Assembly (NCBI GenBank): GCA_964247055.1
Contig: OZ176052.1
Coordinates: forward strand, 5,456,001 to 5,520,000
DNA: 64,000 nucleotides
Reading direction: 5' to 3'
Source of the DNA: Paragordius varius
Lineage: Eukaryota; Animalia; Nematomorpha
The translations under genes and the position numbers were made by a program. Within the stretch, counting starts at the first letter, position 1. Each line of letters opens with the position of its first letter. Positions 13,776 to 26,127 of this stretch are shown piece by piece. The notes under the pieces are model-generated. The model had not been told where the DNA came from, did no database searches, and saw only the letters and a program-made list of their open reading frames with translations.

Positions 13776-16174
13776 GTAAAATATATTACCTAGTATAGTT
13801 TATACTTGGAAATAGTTGTTTTAGTATACGTGCAAAACTTTTTCTTTTAAAGATGAATACAAATAGATAAAAATTAATAGTGAAAGGATAAATTTTGTAG
13901 TACAAGATGTTTGACATGTATAATGCTTTTAAACTAATTGAAAAATTTGAAAAGTTGATAGACCAATATCTAACTATATTGTGATAAAAAGCGGTATTTT
14001 AAAATAAAAAAATATATCTTTTATGAAAAATTATAAAAACTTAGAATACATTTGTATTTTTGACTATGGTAATTTACTCAATCCATGGTGTATTCTATGG
14101 AAAAATTTTCAAAATTAAACTACGAAAAAAAAATTGAGATCCCTGATAAGCTTTTTTACATAAAATTTATTTCCAGGTTAATTATATTAATTATTGTTAA
14201 AATTAACATTAATTTTATTATAATTATTTTGAATTTATTTTTAATGAAAAAGGTTTAACATATAATTATATATTTTAGGTCATTTTTTTCTTATTTTAAT
14301 AAACAAAAATAAATATTACATGAGCTATTTGACCATTCTTCAAGTTTAACAAGGGTAGATGTGAGAGGTACTCCACTGGCCGGTATCATCTCTGATGTTA
14401 TTATTTCATCTAATGCATTACTTAGCATTGCTTGATCCGTAGAAATAGTTTTCTGAGGTATTTCCATTTTGTGACCCATTAAAAATGCTTCAAACTGTTC
14501 TTGTGATATTTTATTAGCGTTTGTCCCCTTCCAAAGTTGGCTAATAACGTTATCAATGTATGGCATAGTCAAACTTTCCAATCGTTTATTTAGGCCAGAG
14601 TCTGATGCATCCTTTTTTATTATTATTATTACGGTAAAAATTAAATTTATACAGTCAAAACGTCGTAAATATTGACAATTTTTTCAAAAACATGGTAATT
14701 TTTAACCTAAATTTTTTATATATAAGTTTTCGCTTTGGCAATTTAATACGTGTGACCGGCTTTAAATTATTATATTTTTCGTTAAATTATCAAGTTTATG
14801 TTTATAATTTTACTGTACTCTCCCGGTCTTTAGTCGGGGTAAAGAGTTCAGGATGTATGTGTAACATGACAAAATCTTGAAAGCTTTGAAGGCCAAGATT
14901 AGCGTCGCTAATTTCCAAAATTTTAGCGACTTCAGTCAAGCGTTTTTCGCGATCTCGCCGCCGAGTTTCAATCTTTTTAAGCTCCTGCAACAAAGCTTGC
15001 TCCTCTTCAATCTAATTATTAAAACATAAATTTAATACTATAATCGCATCTTTATATACATATATGATCTGGAGATTTTTTAATTTTTACCGGGTAGAAA
15101 AATTAAACTTTATATTTTTTATCATAATAACCTGTTCTGGCGTACGATTCCACAAATTTATTAACTGTTGTTTTCTTCGTTTTTCATAAATGGCATCGAA
15201 ATGAATAATTTTCGATTGATATTCGGTTGGATGGCGAGCCTGTTTAAGTTCCCAAAAATTTAAATGGTCAAAATTATTCCAACTATATAAACCATATTAT
15301 TTGAGAGAGTTTAAAAGCCAGTGCATTAAATATTAAACAATACCTTTTTTATCAATTTTTAAATTTTATCTATAATAATAACATTTACACTAAAATATGT
15401 AAAATAATTAAAATCATACTAATACAGTATATTAAAAATTTGTACGATTAAAAATAAAAGATACTAGTATTTTTACTGTTAATTTTAACAGTAAAATATG
15501 TGTTTTGAAATGCGTAACATATTAAAATTATATAGGGAGTCTCACTTTTTGAAGAGCATTGAATACATCATAGTAGCGTTGTTTAACATCTTCAATGGTT
15601 ATATTTTGAGGAGTGGATCCACATTTGCCAGCTAATTCAAGATCCCATCGATCTACAATCACGGTGAAATTCAAGTTAAATTTTGCGGCCATTTCCAACA
15701 AATAGTTTGTAGATTCGTATGACCAGGTATCACTAATTAAAAATTGGTCATATTCATCTTTGGTATACTTTGGTATGTTGGGGGACTAAATTTAAGTAAT
15801 TATTAAAAAATAAGAAAAAATAGTTAATAAAGAATTAATATTACTTTGCTAAATTTAGCAAAGGGATATGGTTTAATATTTTCCATTTCTTCTTCGCGTT
15901 GCCAATGATATAAACGTAAATTATCAGTTCTTCCATTATGAGTGAAAGGGGCCCAAACCCATCTTCTAACTTTTTTTCGTTTATTAATATCGATTTTTGT
16001 AGTTTTGTAATTAGATTCATCATCGTATTCCGCTTCAAGTATTTGTGGAGCTTCACTGAAAATAACATAAATATTTTACTTATCATCGGTTCTAATTAAT
16101 GAATAAAGTTCTCGGTGCATTCCTTCGGGTCTTTTCCATCTTTTTATTTTATTTTTTGATTCAACTGACTCCAT
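8600..16174 (-). CDS. DMAP1: DNA methyltransferase 1-associated protein 1 (DMAP1/Swc4; TIP60/SRCAP subunit), ~717 aa, 13 exons
   Basis: Exons 16174-16080, 16055-15845, 15785-15546, 15239-15132, 15011-14814, 14611-14320, 13740-13627, 13283-13171, 12482-12345, 9946-9866, 9560-9359, 9068-8959, 8851-8600; phases are consistent. Motifs: KRPEGMHRELY, WVWAPF...YHW...YPFAKF, SANT domain, RRKQQL..LWNRTPEQ, GIKFPDYKAPGVFLRSNKMKLP..LGQKK, LRNDIVLLYELK. Confidence 0.93.
10360..12010 (+). mobile_element. Degenerate mariner, same family as 1765-2834, interrupted by an RTE fragment
   Basis: Its 5' non-coding region aligns with copy 1 (gcagacgattaa...gacaaacacacacaa...ttttgtgcct). Motifs: NFVP, LAETY, NERH.E..KVICEILL, RPNFGKK, WLHDN, PHPKNPPDLTPS. 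Lies in DMAP1 intron 9. Confidence 0.85.
10640..11235 (+). mobile_element. 5'-truncated RTE-clade LINE fragment (RT C-terminal region)
   Basis: ORF 10642-11283: FVYLGDVI, LYKAGIRPALTYGSETW, RLRLYGH, GNRRKGR. It parallels the C-terminus of the full-length copy at 33170-33700. Confidence 0.88.
13742..13771. repeat. (TA)n microsatellite at a DMAP1 splice acceptor
   Basis: Seen directly; it abuts the AG of exon 13740-13627. Confidence 0.9.
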
Positions 16175-16430
16175 GTGGTTTAACAGCTTCTGATTTTATA
16201 ATCGCATGCAAAAAGTATGTATGTTATAAGATAGCATCAATGCAAATATAATAAAAGATGGGCTAGATTGTCTAAGTCTCAAACAAATATTTATTATATT
16301 AATAATAACGCATTACCCAAGATAATGTTTGGCTTTATGAAATTACAACACTTAATGCTATCTCTAACCCGAATAATTTAATGTTGGATTAATGGATTTC
16401 GTCGTTTTTTAGAAAATGACAACCTATGTC

Positions 16431-19400
16431 TAGTGCCGTACCGGGTATTTTTGGCGCTGTGGGCATAAAATCTTCTAAGCGCCCTGATTCTCTTTTAAAA
16501 GCCAATCTTAAATTGAAAAACACATCTTTGTAAAGGTAAAAGTAACAGAGTTTTAGGCTCTACATCTTTTCGGCATAGGAATAACATCCTACAATTAAAA
16601 TTTAGTTAAAATCTCTATTTTAAATTTCGCCTCTATATTCAAAATTATTTCTTAGATCATAATTTTGGATAAAATTTGATGTCGAATGAAAATTTAAATT
16701 TAGAGTTTACATATCTCAGACTAGAGAATCGCTTTTCCATTTCATGTGTCAATTTATATAATATGTGTTTCATAACCCGATTTACTTTTTGTAAAAAGAA
16801 TCACTCCATTTTTTAGCACGGATCGATATGAACAGAAACATCCCAGTTTTCAACATAATTTTAGCTTTTTCTATGGCCTCGCAACAATTATTAATAGCTA
16901 AGGATTCAAAATCCCTAAATGCTTCATTAAAATTAATTTTAGGATCTTGCAATCTATGTTAAACCCTATCTATTCTAAGTTTGGTACATAAAAACAACAT
17001 TGTCAAAAAATTGATATAAAAACTCTGAATTAAAATGGATGCCTCACTTCTTGTTTCATGTATTTTAAGTATTTTTACTTTAATCTAATAGCTTTATCAA
17101 ATCATCTCCTCCCTCAATTGCATTAACAGCTTAACTCTAGTGCTGGGTTTCAGACTCTCACTTAACAATTTTTTACCAAATTTTAGGTCCCTAGATAGTT
17201 AAACGTGCATTAAAATAATAAACATTATTAATTATTTCCAAAACAGGTCACTACAATAACATCTTGTTTTGCTACTTCTATTGAATTTTAGGAATGATTG
17301 TAAAATTCTTTGTTGAAAGCCTGAAATGTGACCCGACATCACAAGTGCATTATCACAGCATTGATACTTAATTTGATAACATAATATTATCCATATATGT
17401 TTTTTGTCTTATTAAGTGACATAGCATCTTTGTTAATAACTAAAAACCCAAAGATTCTTTTATGTCAACTTTCTTTTTCTCATAATCAAACAAACCTGAC
17501 AACTTGAGAAATTTGTTCTCAGTGAGCTATATCCGGCGTTGAATCTATATGTCCATAATATTTACTTTTTGTATGCCATCGATCAATTTAGCTTTAACTG
17601 GTTAGGCCAAAAGATGTATAAACTCGTTTGGAATTTTAAATTAAGCATAGGATAAGTTAGGAGATTCAAGGTTTTTCATGTGATCCCCATTACACATACA
17701 AAATCCGAGATTATAAAAATCTTGATGTATCTGATAAAAAAATGTATCAATATTAAAGTGCTTTTAGTTTTGCTCCTTACGAGTAATATAAGATAGTTAT
17801 TTACACTTTTGTGCAAACTAGTCCATGTCAAAAAATGGCAAATTTTTGTTTTTTATAAATTTTTTCATGAAAACTAAATGCATTTTAAAAAATATCATTA
17901 AATATATCATAAACTACTTATAAAAAACATTATATTTATAATATTTTAATTTTTATAAGTGAAGTCCGAGAGTCCCAATTGCTCTTCTAAAACAGGATAT
18001 TTTTAAAATAAACAGAAAAAAGCCGAATTTCGCTATAAAATTTCAAATACATGCTAAATTTAAAAAAAATATATTTTAAAATGCATAATTTCAGAAAGAT
18101 TCAATTTTTAGCACACCTTTGTTGAAGCCTATTTTACATAAGCATGATGAAAACGGCATAAAAACGCTTTAGATAGATGTTAAAAGAAATTTTCTACATA
18201 ATTTGATGCTAAACATCCTATCGCTTCAGAATTTTAATGTAAAGGATCGTTAACTTTATTTTGCTGATGTTTTTTATAAAAACACAATTTATATTTGACA
18301 TAATTTTGAAAATAAACTAATAGTTTAATCAAAATTCTGAGATAATAGAAATGTTCATCAAAATAAAATTATATAATAAAAGTGTTTTTATAATACCTAA
18401 AAGTGTAACGGTTTCATCATGACTAATAAAAGGATGAAGAACGCATCAACAAAATTTTGCTAAAAATTAAATTTTTTTAAAAAAATTATGCATTTTGTAA
18501 AAGATATTTTTTTATATCAAAATTTAGCATATATTTAAAAATTATCGCGCAATCACGGCATTTTTGTTTTTCTTTTAAAAAATTAGCCCGTTAGGATAGC
18601 AAAAGATTTTTGGGACTTTTGGAGCCTACATCAAAAAATTAAAAATTGAAAAAACTTTTTATAAGTAGTTTATGATAATAGTGATATTTATGGAATGAAG
18701 CATTTTGCTTTCATCAAAAAAAATTATTTTAAGAAATTCAAATTTTACCATTTTTAGATATGTAGCACTTGCCAAGAAAGTGTAATAGCGCTTAAAATTA
18801 CTTTTGGCGTGTTTGTAGTTTTCTCCCTTGTTTATAATCAATAACTAGAACTTCAGGTGTATTTATATCATTTTATTATTATTATTATTATTATTAAGGG
18901 CACCGTTATGTTTGTGTAGCACACACTTTTTTCAATGTTATGGACAGAATTTATTTTCGTTAAATAAGAATTTAAGCCATTCTCATTTTAGTAGTTTTAT
19001 TATCTTCCTGAATATCTCGTTTCAGAGTTTGGGCAATGATATCTGATAAAAATGAAATTAATTATAAAAAATACAAGTATAATAATAAAAAAACTTACCT
19101 CGTTAGATATGGAATGATATTTTCGGTTTTATTTTAAATAAAATATGATTAAAAGAAAAATGGATTTATATATTTAAGATTAAGAGATCAGGTTAATTTG
19201 AACAGACTTAAAAGTGTAATAATTCAATTAAAGGCAGTAAAAAAATGAACAATACAATCTAGCGTGAAAAGGAAATATTTTAAGCAAAAAAATAAGTTTG
19301 AACATGTTTGAAGGGATACCTAGAAAGTTGTTTTTTGCATGATGTTTGCTCTTGATCTCATTTATATGCTTTTTACATTATTTAAGCGATTATTTAAAAT

Positions 19401-19563
19401 TTATATAAAAAACATAAATAGGCGCCCCTATTCCACATGTTTGGAGAATACTTTGAAGTTATTATTTTTATAGAATTATATTTGTATAAAAAATGATAAA
19501 TAGGCGCCCTAAATAACGGCGCCCGGGCATGATGTCCCTCTTGCCTCCCTCGGAAGGCCACTG
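16431..19563 (-). mobile_element. Old degenerate hAT element (ZMYM1/THAP12-like, TTF-finger type)
   Basis: Minus-strand relic motifs: EWL (TTF finger-like, ~18970), IPNEFIHLLA, DSTPDIAH*EQISQVVRFV, QCCDNALVMSGHISGFQQRIL. Ends resemble hAT termini (TAGTGCCGTACC / CAGTGGCCTTCC). TSD decayed. Confidence 0.7.
17804..18782. mobile_element. Foldback element 1 (long imperfect TIRs, TA-flanked), nested in the old hAT
   Basis: Mirror pairs: TACACTTT/AAAGTGTA, cataaactacttataaaaa/tttttataagtagtttatg, atgctaaattt/aaatttagcat, catgatgaaaacg/cggtttcatcatg. A related arm fragment lies at ~22740-22950. Confidence 0.8.
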
Positions 19564-19950
19564 CCTGCTGCTAAACCTATTTTTTTACTTCCGACAAAAC
19601 ATTGATTGAGGGGAAACGAATCTTTTTAGCCACAATGTGCGGTTTAAAAACATTAATTTCAAAGTCTTAAATGTGTCTATAAAATAGATCGCAAAATCCC
19701 GGCTTTTATGATTACTTCGTAAAAATTAAACCTGCTCATATACACTGCGCATAAAATCGGGGGATATAAGAAATATCTTGATGACATACATAATTTTGAT
19801 AGAAATATGAGGATAATTGTGGTGCTTATATTTTTGGAACTTACGAGTGAATTAAAAATATTATTTGTATTTTGTGGTAACTGCTCTATATCAGAAAATG
19901 GCAAGAGCGGACATTATGTTTGATCAAATTTTTTGGAAAAAGCTATATGG

Positions 19951-22687
19951 CAGGGGTGGCCACACTTTTTTTGTCGCGAGCTTTTTTTTTGGCTTTTTTG
20001 TTAAAAAAAGAGTTCGCGGTCACCTAGAAATATTTATCAAAAAAACTCAATCAACACTTTAAATGATGTATATACCTGCTTTACAGATTAGAGTGACTTG
20101 TTTAAACCATTTTAAAATTGTAATTTTTTTATCTATCAACCAAATACAAAAATAATTTTAATTAAAAGACAACGGGTTATTAACTACCTTAATTTTTTAA
20201 CCAACATAAAACACTTCAAAATATTTATTTATTAAATTTATATTATATGAAATTTTACAATATAAAGATTTAAACAATGCATTTGAAATTACAGGGGAGA
20301 ATACATTATGGTACAAAAAATAAAAGAAATAAAAAATAGCATTCCAATTTAGAACCATAATTTGAACATAAATAAGAGTACATTAAAATTGTATCAATTT
20401 TAATTCTATCCACATATTTTTTAGTAAATCGGCTTTTTCCTAAGCGAAAATACAACTCGATAAACATCCATATTTAATAAAGAAAAAAATATTTAAAACG
20501 CCCGACTGCGAAAAAACTCAGAAAGTTTATCTATAGGTTCAAATGAAGTCAAAGCAATTCTCAAACATGATTCTAAATGTTTATTAGTTAATTGTGACCT
20601 CTGTTTAGTTTTGATAGCATTCATAATTGAAAAAGCCGATTCACATAAATATGTGGATCCAAAAAAAGAATTGAATAATGCAGCGGTTTTCCAAATATGG
20701 GGGTATTTATCTTTATTTATAAATTTATATATATCTGATCCTAATGATTTTAGATGGATATCGCATTTAACATTTATTAATTCCTCTTCCAACTCTGCTA
20801 AATTTGGTACACCAAGAAAGTGGCTGAGTTTTTGAGCAATATATTCAACATTTTTATTATTATTAAATGGGCATGATAAAAAAATAGCGATGTCTTCAAG
20901 TTTATTTATAGATGAAAATCGTTTTTCAAAATCATTAATAAGCAGACCAATATCATCTGCATATTTTTCAAAAGAGAGATTCTCTATTTTTTCAGACACC
21001 GCTGCCAGATTAAAAAAATGTTTTAAATCTCGGTTTTTTAACTGTGTTTCTACTACTGTTAGTGTTTCCTTAAAAGATTTTAAAGCACCCATCATATCCA
21101 TTATTGTTTTATCTTTTCCTTGTAATTGGATGTTTAATTTATGCAATTTTTCCGTGATATCGCATAAAAATGCAAGATCAAGCAGCCAATCTTGATTTTT
21201 CAATTCAGGGTATGAAAATTTAGAATTCTCTAAAAAAATTTCTATTTGTGGTAAAAGTTGCCTAAATCTAATTAAAAATGCGGCACGACTCAACCACCTT
21301 ACATCAGTATGTAATAAAAGTTCTCCATATTCCACGCCGCACTCATTTAACAAAATTCGAAATTGGCGGCGGGACAAGCTTTTTGTTCGAATGGCGTTAA
21401 CAATTTTAAAACAGGGGTTCATTACATGATGGTATTTTAAAATTTTTGAACATAAAACTTGATTATGGATTATACAATGGTAATCAATGAACTTGGGAAA
21501 TGCACTGTGATTTTTACATAAAGCGATAAAGCCGTTGTTAACGCCAATCATAGCTGGAGCGCCATCAGTAGTTATAGATGCGAGTTTTACGATGGGAAGT
21601 TTCGTATCTGTGATAAATTTATAAAAAGAATCAAAAATATCCTGCCCTCTGGTTCGTTCGTGGAGAGGTATTATAGTTAATATTTCCTCCTTTGCAGATA
21701 AATCACTAAATATCATACGAATAAAAATGCATAATTGGGCGATTCCAACATAATCGGTGGACTCATCGAGTTGCAAGGAAAAAAAATACAGTTATTAATA
21801 TTTTCATGTAAAATTTCATCAAGATTATTACTAATATCTTCAGCCCTGCGCATAACGGTATTTCTCGATAAGCTTATGCTTTTAATAGCTGTCATAATAT
21901 TATTTTTGTTATCAAAATTTTCAAATAAAATATCACAAGCGCTAATAAAGGCTTCTTTAAATATATCACCATCTTGGAATGGCTTATTGTTCCGAATGAG
22001 TATTTTCGCTACCTTGAATGAAGCAATCGTAGCATTTTTATAGTCTTTGTTGTATTTAAGTATGCTATTTTGTGAGGCGGATAAATGTTCTTTTAATTCC
22101 TTTACTTTAATGTTGCGTTCTTGAGTTTGTAAGGGGTAGTTTTTGGAGTAATGTGGATGCAGAGATCTATAATGTCTTTCAATATTTGACTTTTTGGGCA
22201 AAGCAACAGTACTATTGCATTTTAGACAGGTGCATGTTTCATTTATCATAATAAAAAAGTATTCATGCTCCCAATCTTTCTTGTATCTTTACAACTTTTT
22301 TTGGTTCATTCTAAAATATAAGTTTTAAAAACCTACTTTTGGTGTATCAAATCAAATCTAACTTCACGATTATGCTTCTGATTTATGAATAAGCTTTGCT
22401 CAAAGTTTTGATATATTCAAGGGAAATGACTGATTTTAAGTTTTAATGCAAATGCTCCAAAACATATGAATTATAATTAATAAAATAATTTTTTACACCC
22501 TTGTCTTAGACGTTTTTTTTTAATTTAAACCGTATTTTTTTGTATTTTAAATTTAAATTCGCTCAGAAGTAGCCAACTATCCGAAAAAAATCAATAAAAT
22601 TTTTTTAAAAAAAATATTTTCAGGCGGTCACTTTTTGAGTTGTCGCGGTCACGAAAGTGACCGCGGTCACCTCGTTGGCCACCCCTG
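19951..22687 (-). mobile_element. Near-intact hAT transposon (Buster/Charlie/SPIN group, GTF2IRD2-like transposase)
   Basis: TIR CAGGGGTGGCCA at both ends and a perfect 8-bp TSD CTATATGG (19943-19950; 22688-22695) with central TA. The transposase has a BED-like finger (C..C...H...H), LDESTD, TTDGAPAM, HCIIH, DVRWLSR and YLCESAFS. There is one frameshift in a T8 run at ~21779-21786 and one in-frame TAA near the N-terminus. Confidence 0.95.
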
Positions 22688-22959
22688 CTATATGGTATAT
22701 GCTATATGCCATTTAAAATGCAAAACAATATTTTTAAATATTTAATTTTAAATTGTGGGCTCCGAAAGTCCCAAATATTTTTGATTATAAAATGGGTCAA
22801 TTGAAATAAACGTATATATCGAGATTTTGCCGAAAAATTTATATAGTATAGGATAGATTTTAAAAATTTTTACCTTAATTTTGTTGAAGCTTACTTCATC
22901 ATATTTGGACCTATGATGGAAACGGAAACGGCATAAAAATGCCTTAAGATATTTCTTTG

Positions 22960-23600
22960 CCATAACTTCTAAATTCCAGCCGTTTTTCGATCAATTCATG
23001 ATTTATTCTTTTATTGACCTAAGAGATGTGTATCGGTTTCCCCAGTTTCACAAGCTTTTAATACACAATATCGCTCTGGTCAGACACAAAGCACGGTTTT
23101 CTTGCCGAAGCTTGGTATTGATGTTGATAGACCGGCTTTCCAATGGAAAAACCACGATTTTTCCGCTTTGGCTTTACAAAATAAAGTCATTAAAAACCCA
23201 TCCCAATTCGATGGAAAAATTATTTATTTGACGTTAAAGGAGAATTTTTCAAGTGACTTTGTTTTGATTAGACGTTCTTTCAAATTGTATGGGACCCATT
23301 TACCAGTTTTTTGGTTTTTTGGATACATGTAATGTTTGAATCAATTGATAATTATCTATGACTCATGTTTCGCGTTTTCACATTTGTGTTGTCCATCAGA
23401 GGCGGTACACTCTTTTACATAAAACCACATTTAATATTTCAAAACAATGTTTCATGCGTTAGAGATATTTTTTATGGCAATCACAAAATTTGACATGACT
23501 AAACGATATGTTAGATGAACAATACTATTTCTGTCTGATCACTTTCTGCCGGCATCTTTTCTTATAAGTTAAACTGATAAAACTTATGATTATTTGAATA
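22960..23600 (-). mobile_element. Third mariner relic (3'-truncated)
   Basis: MSNFV, TGKWVPYNLKER, SFGKKTVLCV, INHELIEKR on the minus strand. Confidence 0.8.
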
Positions 23601-24799
23601 AATATTTCTTTTTTTAAATTTATATTGCCCTCTCTATTGGAAAACTGTTTCAAAACCAGAGTTTTTGGGTATTTTTTTTAATAAACCTATTTTTTAATGG
23701 CGGGGGTCAATTAAGAAGCTAAATAAACCATTAATGAACATAAATTTTTAATTGTGCCTAAACGTCTGAGTTTGCGAACTTCTCCATTTTTATAAATATA
23801 TTAGCTGTTCCCGCCGCTTAGAATTAAAGAACACCATCATCAGTAAAGCGATAATGTTATTCGGCAATAACTACAATAAAATATACAATGAATGATATAA
23901 AAAAAGTGTTAAAGTAATTTTTGTCATTAAACAAGAAAATTTTAAAACTATAAGTCAGATTTCTGAAATTTGGAAACCAAGTTATTTTAAATGGTGGCGT
24001 TTACACCAGTAACCATATAAATGTCTTATAATTTAGGCGAATTAGATAAGTCACGTTATTGATTATTTTAGGACATGCCCTACCCAGCTTCTAATTTTTG
24101 CATTTATAAGTAATATATAAATTCTTTGATCCATATGGTCTAATAACTTGGGGGAAAACTTGCTTTAATTTATTTTTAACTTGATTTTTATGCAAATATC
24201 ATTAAAGGACCGCAAAATGCAGGGGCTTAACAAAAAGGTGGACTGAAAATGTGCCCGCATTGATAAAAAAATAAAAAATATTTTATTTTAACATTTTATA
24301 ACCTTTTGAGGTATCCCAGGTATCTTAAAAGATAGCATTATCTGAAAATCTGCCTTTTTAAGACTATTAAGGCGCATGATAAATAATTTTTATAAAAAAA
24401 ATTTTTTGCCGTCATTTTTTTCCTTTTAAAAATTTTTAATTCATAAATAAAACAGGATAAATATATATTATGGTTATAAAATATAAATAATTAACTTGGA
24501 ATGCTTTTAAATAACATACCACTAAATTCTAACATTTATTGATTTTAATATCAGCTAGTTCAATCATGTTTTGCATATAAAATTTGGGGATCTACAAGTA
24601 ATTTGTAATAAATCTTAGTTTTTATCTAATACAGAAGAAGAGGGCTTGTTTATTTTATCTTAACCAAAATAACTTTCAAAACGGTAGTTTGCTTATGTCT
24701 TTAAGCTGCGGAGTAGAAAACTACCCCAAAATGTTATTGCGTACAAAAAAATGAAAATGTATTGAAGTTTTAATGTTCCATGTTATTCTAAATTTTTTT

Positions 24800-26000
24800 A
24801 TAACACAATGTTTGGGCTTTTCTCGTTTTTCACGGAATGGGGCTTAACTTTTATGGGATTCGAAAAAGTGGTCAGACCCCTATTAAATTGATAAAAATAT
24901 TCCACTTTTGAAGAATGGTCTTCACGCGGGTAGCCCCCTAACCAGAGGCGAAACATAAAAACGCTCGATAATTTTTGCCTTAATTGGGTTAAAACCTGAT
25001 CATGGTTGATTTCATATGCTCTCGTGGGATTATCGAATAATTGCGTCAAAACAAAAAAGACATTCTATGGTGGCGCATTTTACAGGGCAACGGCCTAATT
25101 AAGGGGTAATTTAATAAAACCGCTCTACCTAAATTTTTGCCTTTTTACGAGGTAATAATTTAAGCCCTTATTGAGCTCATATGGCCTGATAAGTCTAAAA
25201 TTTGCCTCCAAAGTCACGCTGTCTCGATATGGTGGCGCAGTTGTAGGTGGGAGCCCCCTACCAGAGGCCCCAAAAGGTCAATATAATAAAGACGTTCGAA
25301 AATTTTTTTCCCCTACAAGGGAATACCTGGAATCATTATTCATTCCTTGTTAATAGTTTTTGGAAGAATGGCTTCAAAACTAAATAGTTCAATGATAGCG
25401 CATTTTTAGGGCTTAAAGGGTCTAAGTAACGGCTATAAAAAAACCAAATGATCTAAATTTTTGCCTTGTTACGGGTAATATTTTAAGCAGCTATTGAACT
25501 CATATGGCCTGATAGGTTTTCTGAAATTTAACCCCAAAAGCTCGCTTCGATATGACGGGCCAGTTTTCAGCGGGTACCTCCTTACCCAGTAGCTATCATC
25601 AAAGAAACGCTTGACTAAAATTTTTGCCTTTTAACAGGGAATACCAGGGAATCCTTATTGAATTTTTACGGTCTCATACTTTGGGTGAAAAATAGATTCA
25701 AAAAATTATTTTTGTGGGATTTTTTTTAAAAAAAATAGCATTTTACAAGGGGAGCGGGTAAAAAGAGGGCCTAAATTAAAAAAGCGAGCCGACTATGTTC
25801 GGCGCAATAAAAAGAAATTATATTTGAAATCGAATGGTCCAACACGTTTTCCGAAAAATTGTCTCAATGACACGATTTTTGTGGACTTCTGTTTTCAAAA
25901 AAAACAGTTTTTTACAGGGGATGGGCCCGAACTGGGGATCTAATTTAAAAAAGGGCGAAGCTATTGTGGGGGCATTCATTAATGATGATATTTTTTCGAT
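24800..26000. repeat. Diverged tandem array, ~155-170 bp monomer organised as a ~322 bp dimer
   Basis: AATTTTTGCC-type anchors at 24970, 25132, 25301, 25456 and 25619. GCGGGTAGCCCCCT-type anchors at 24926, 25247 and 25570. TCATATGGCCTGATA blocks are 324 bp apart. Confidence 0.8.
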
Positions 26001-26127
26001 ATTTGGATTTGAATGGGTCTACCAGTTTTCCGGAAACAGATCAAAGCCACATTTTTATAAATAAATAGATTCAGAATAAAAATTATGTCTAATTTAATCA
26101 TACACAATATGCCTACGAATATATATA

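Noticed and set aside
18960-19110. Splice signals suggesting an upstream DMAP1 exon
   Set aside because: The peptide fits the N-terminal finger region of the old hAT relic better; a non-coding DMAP1 exon cannot be excluded.
24800-26000. Repeat array as a possible CRISPR
   Set aside because: The units are long and diverged, there are no unique spacers or cas genes, and the context is eukaryotic.
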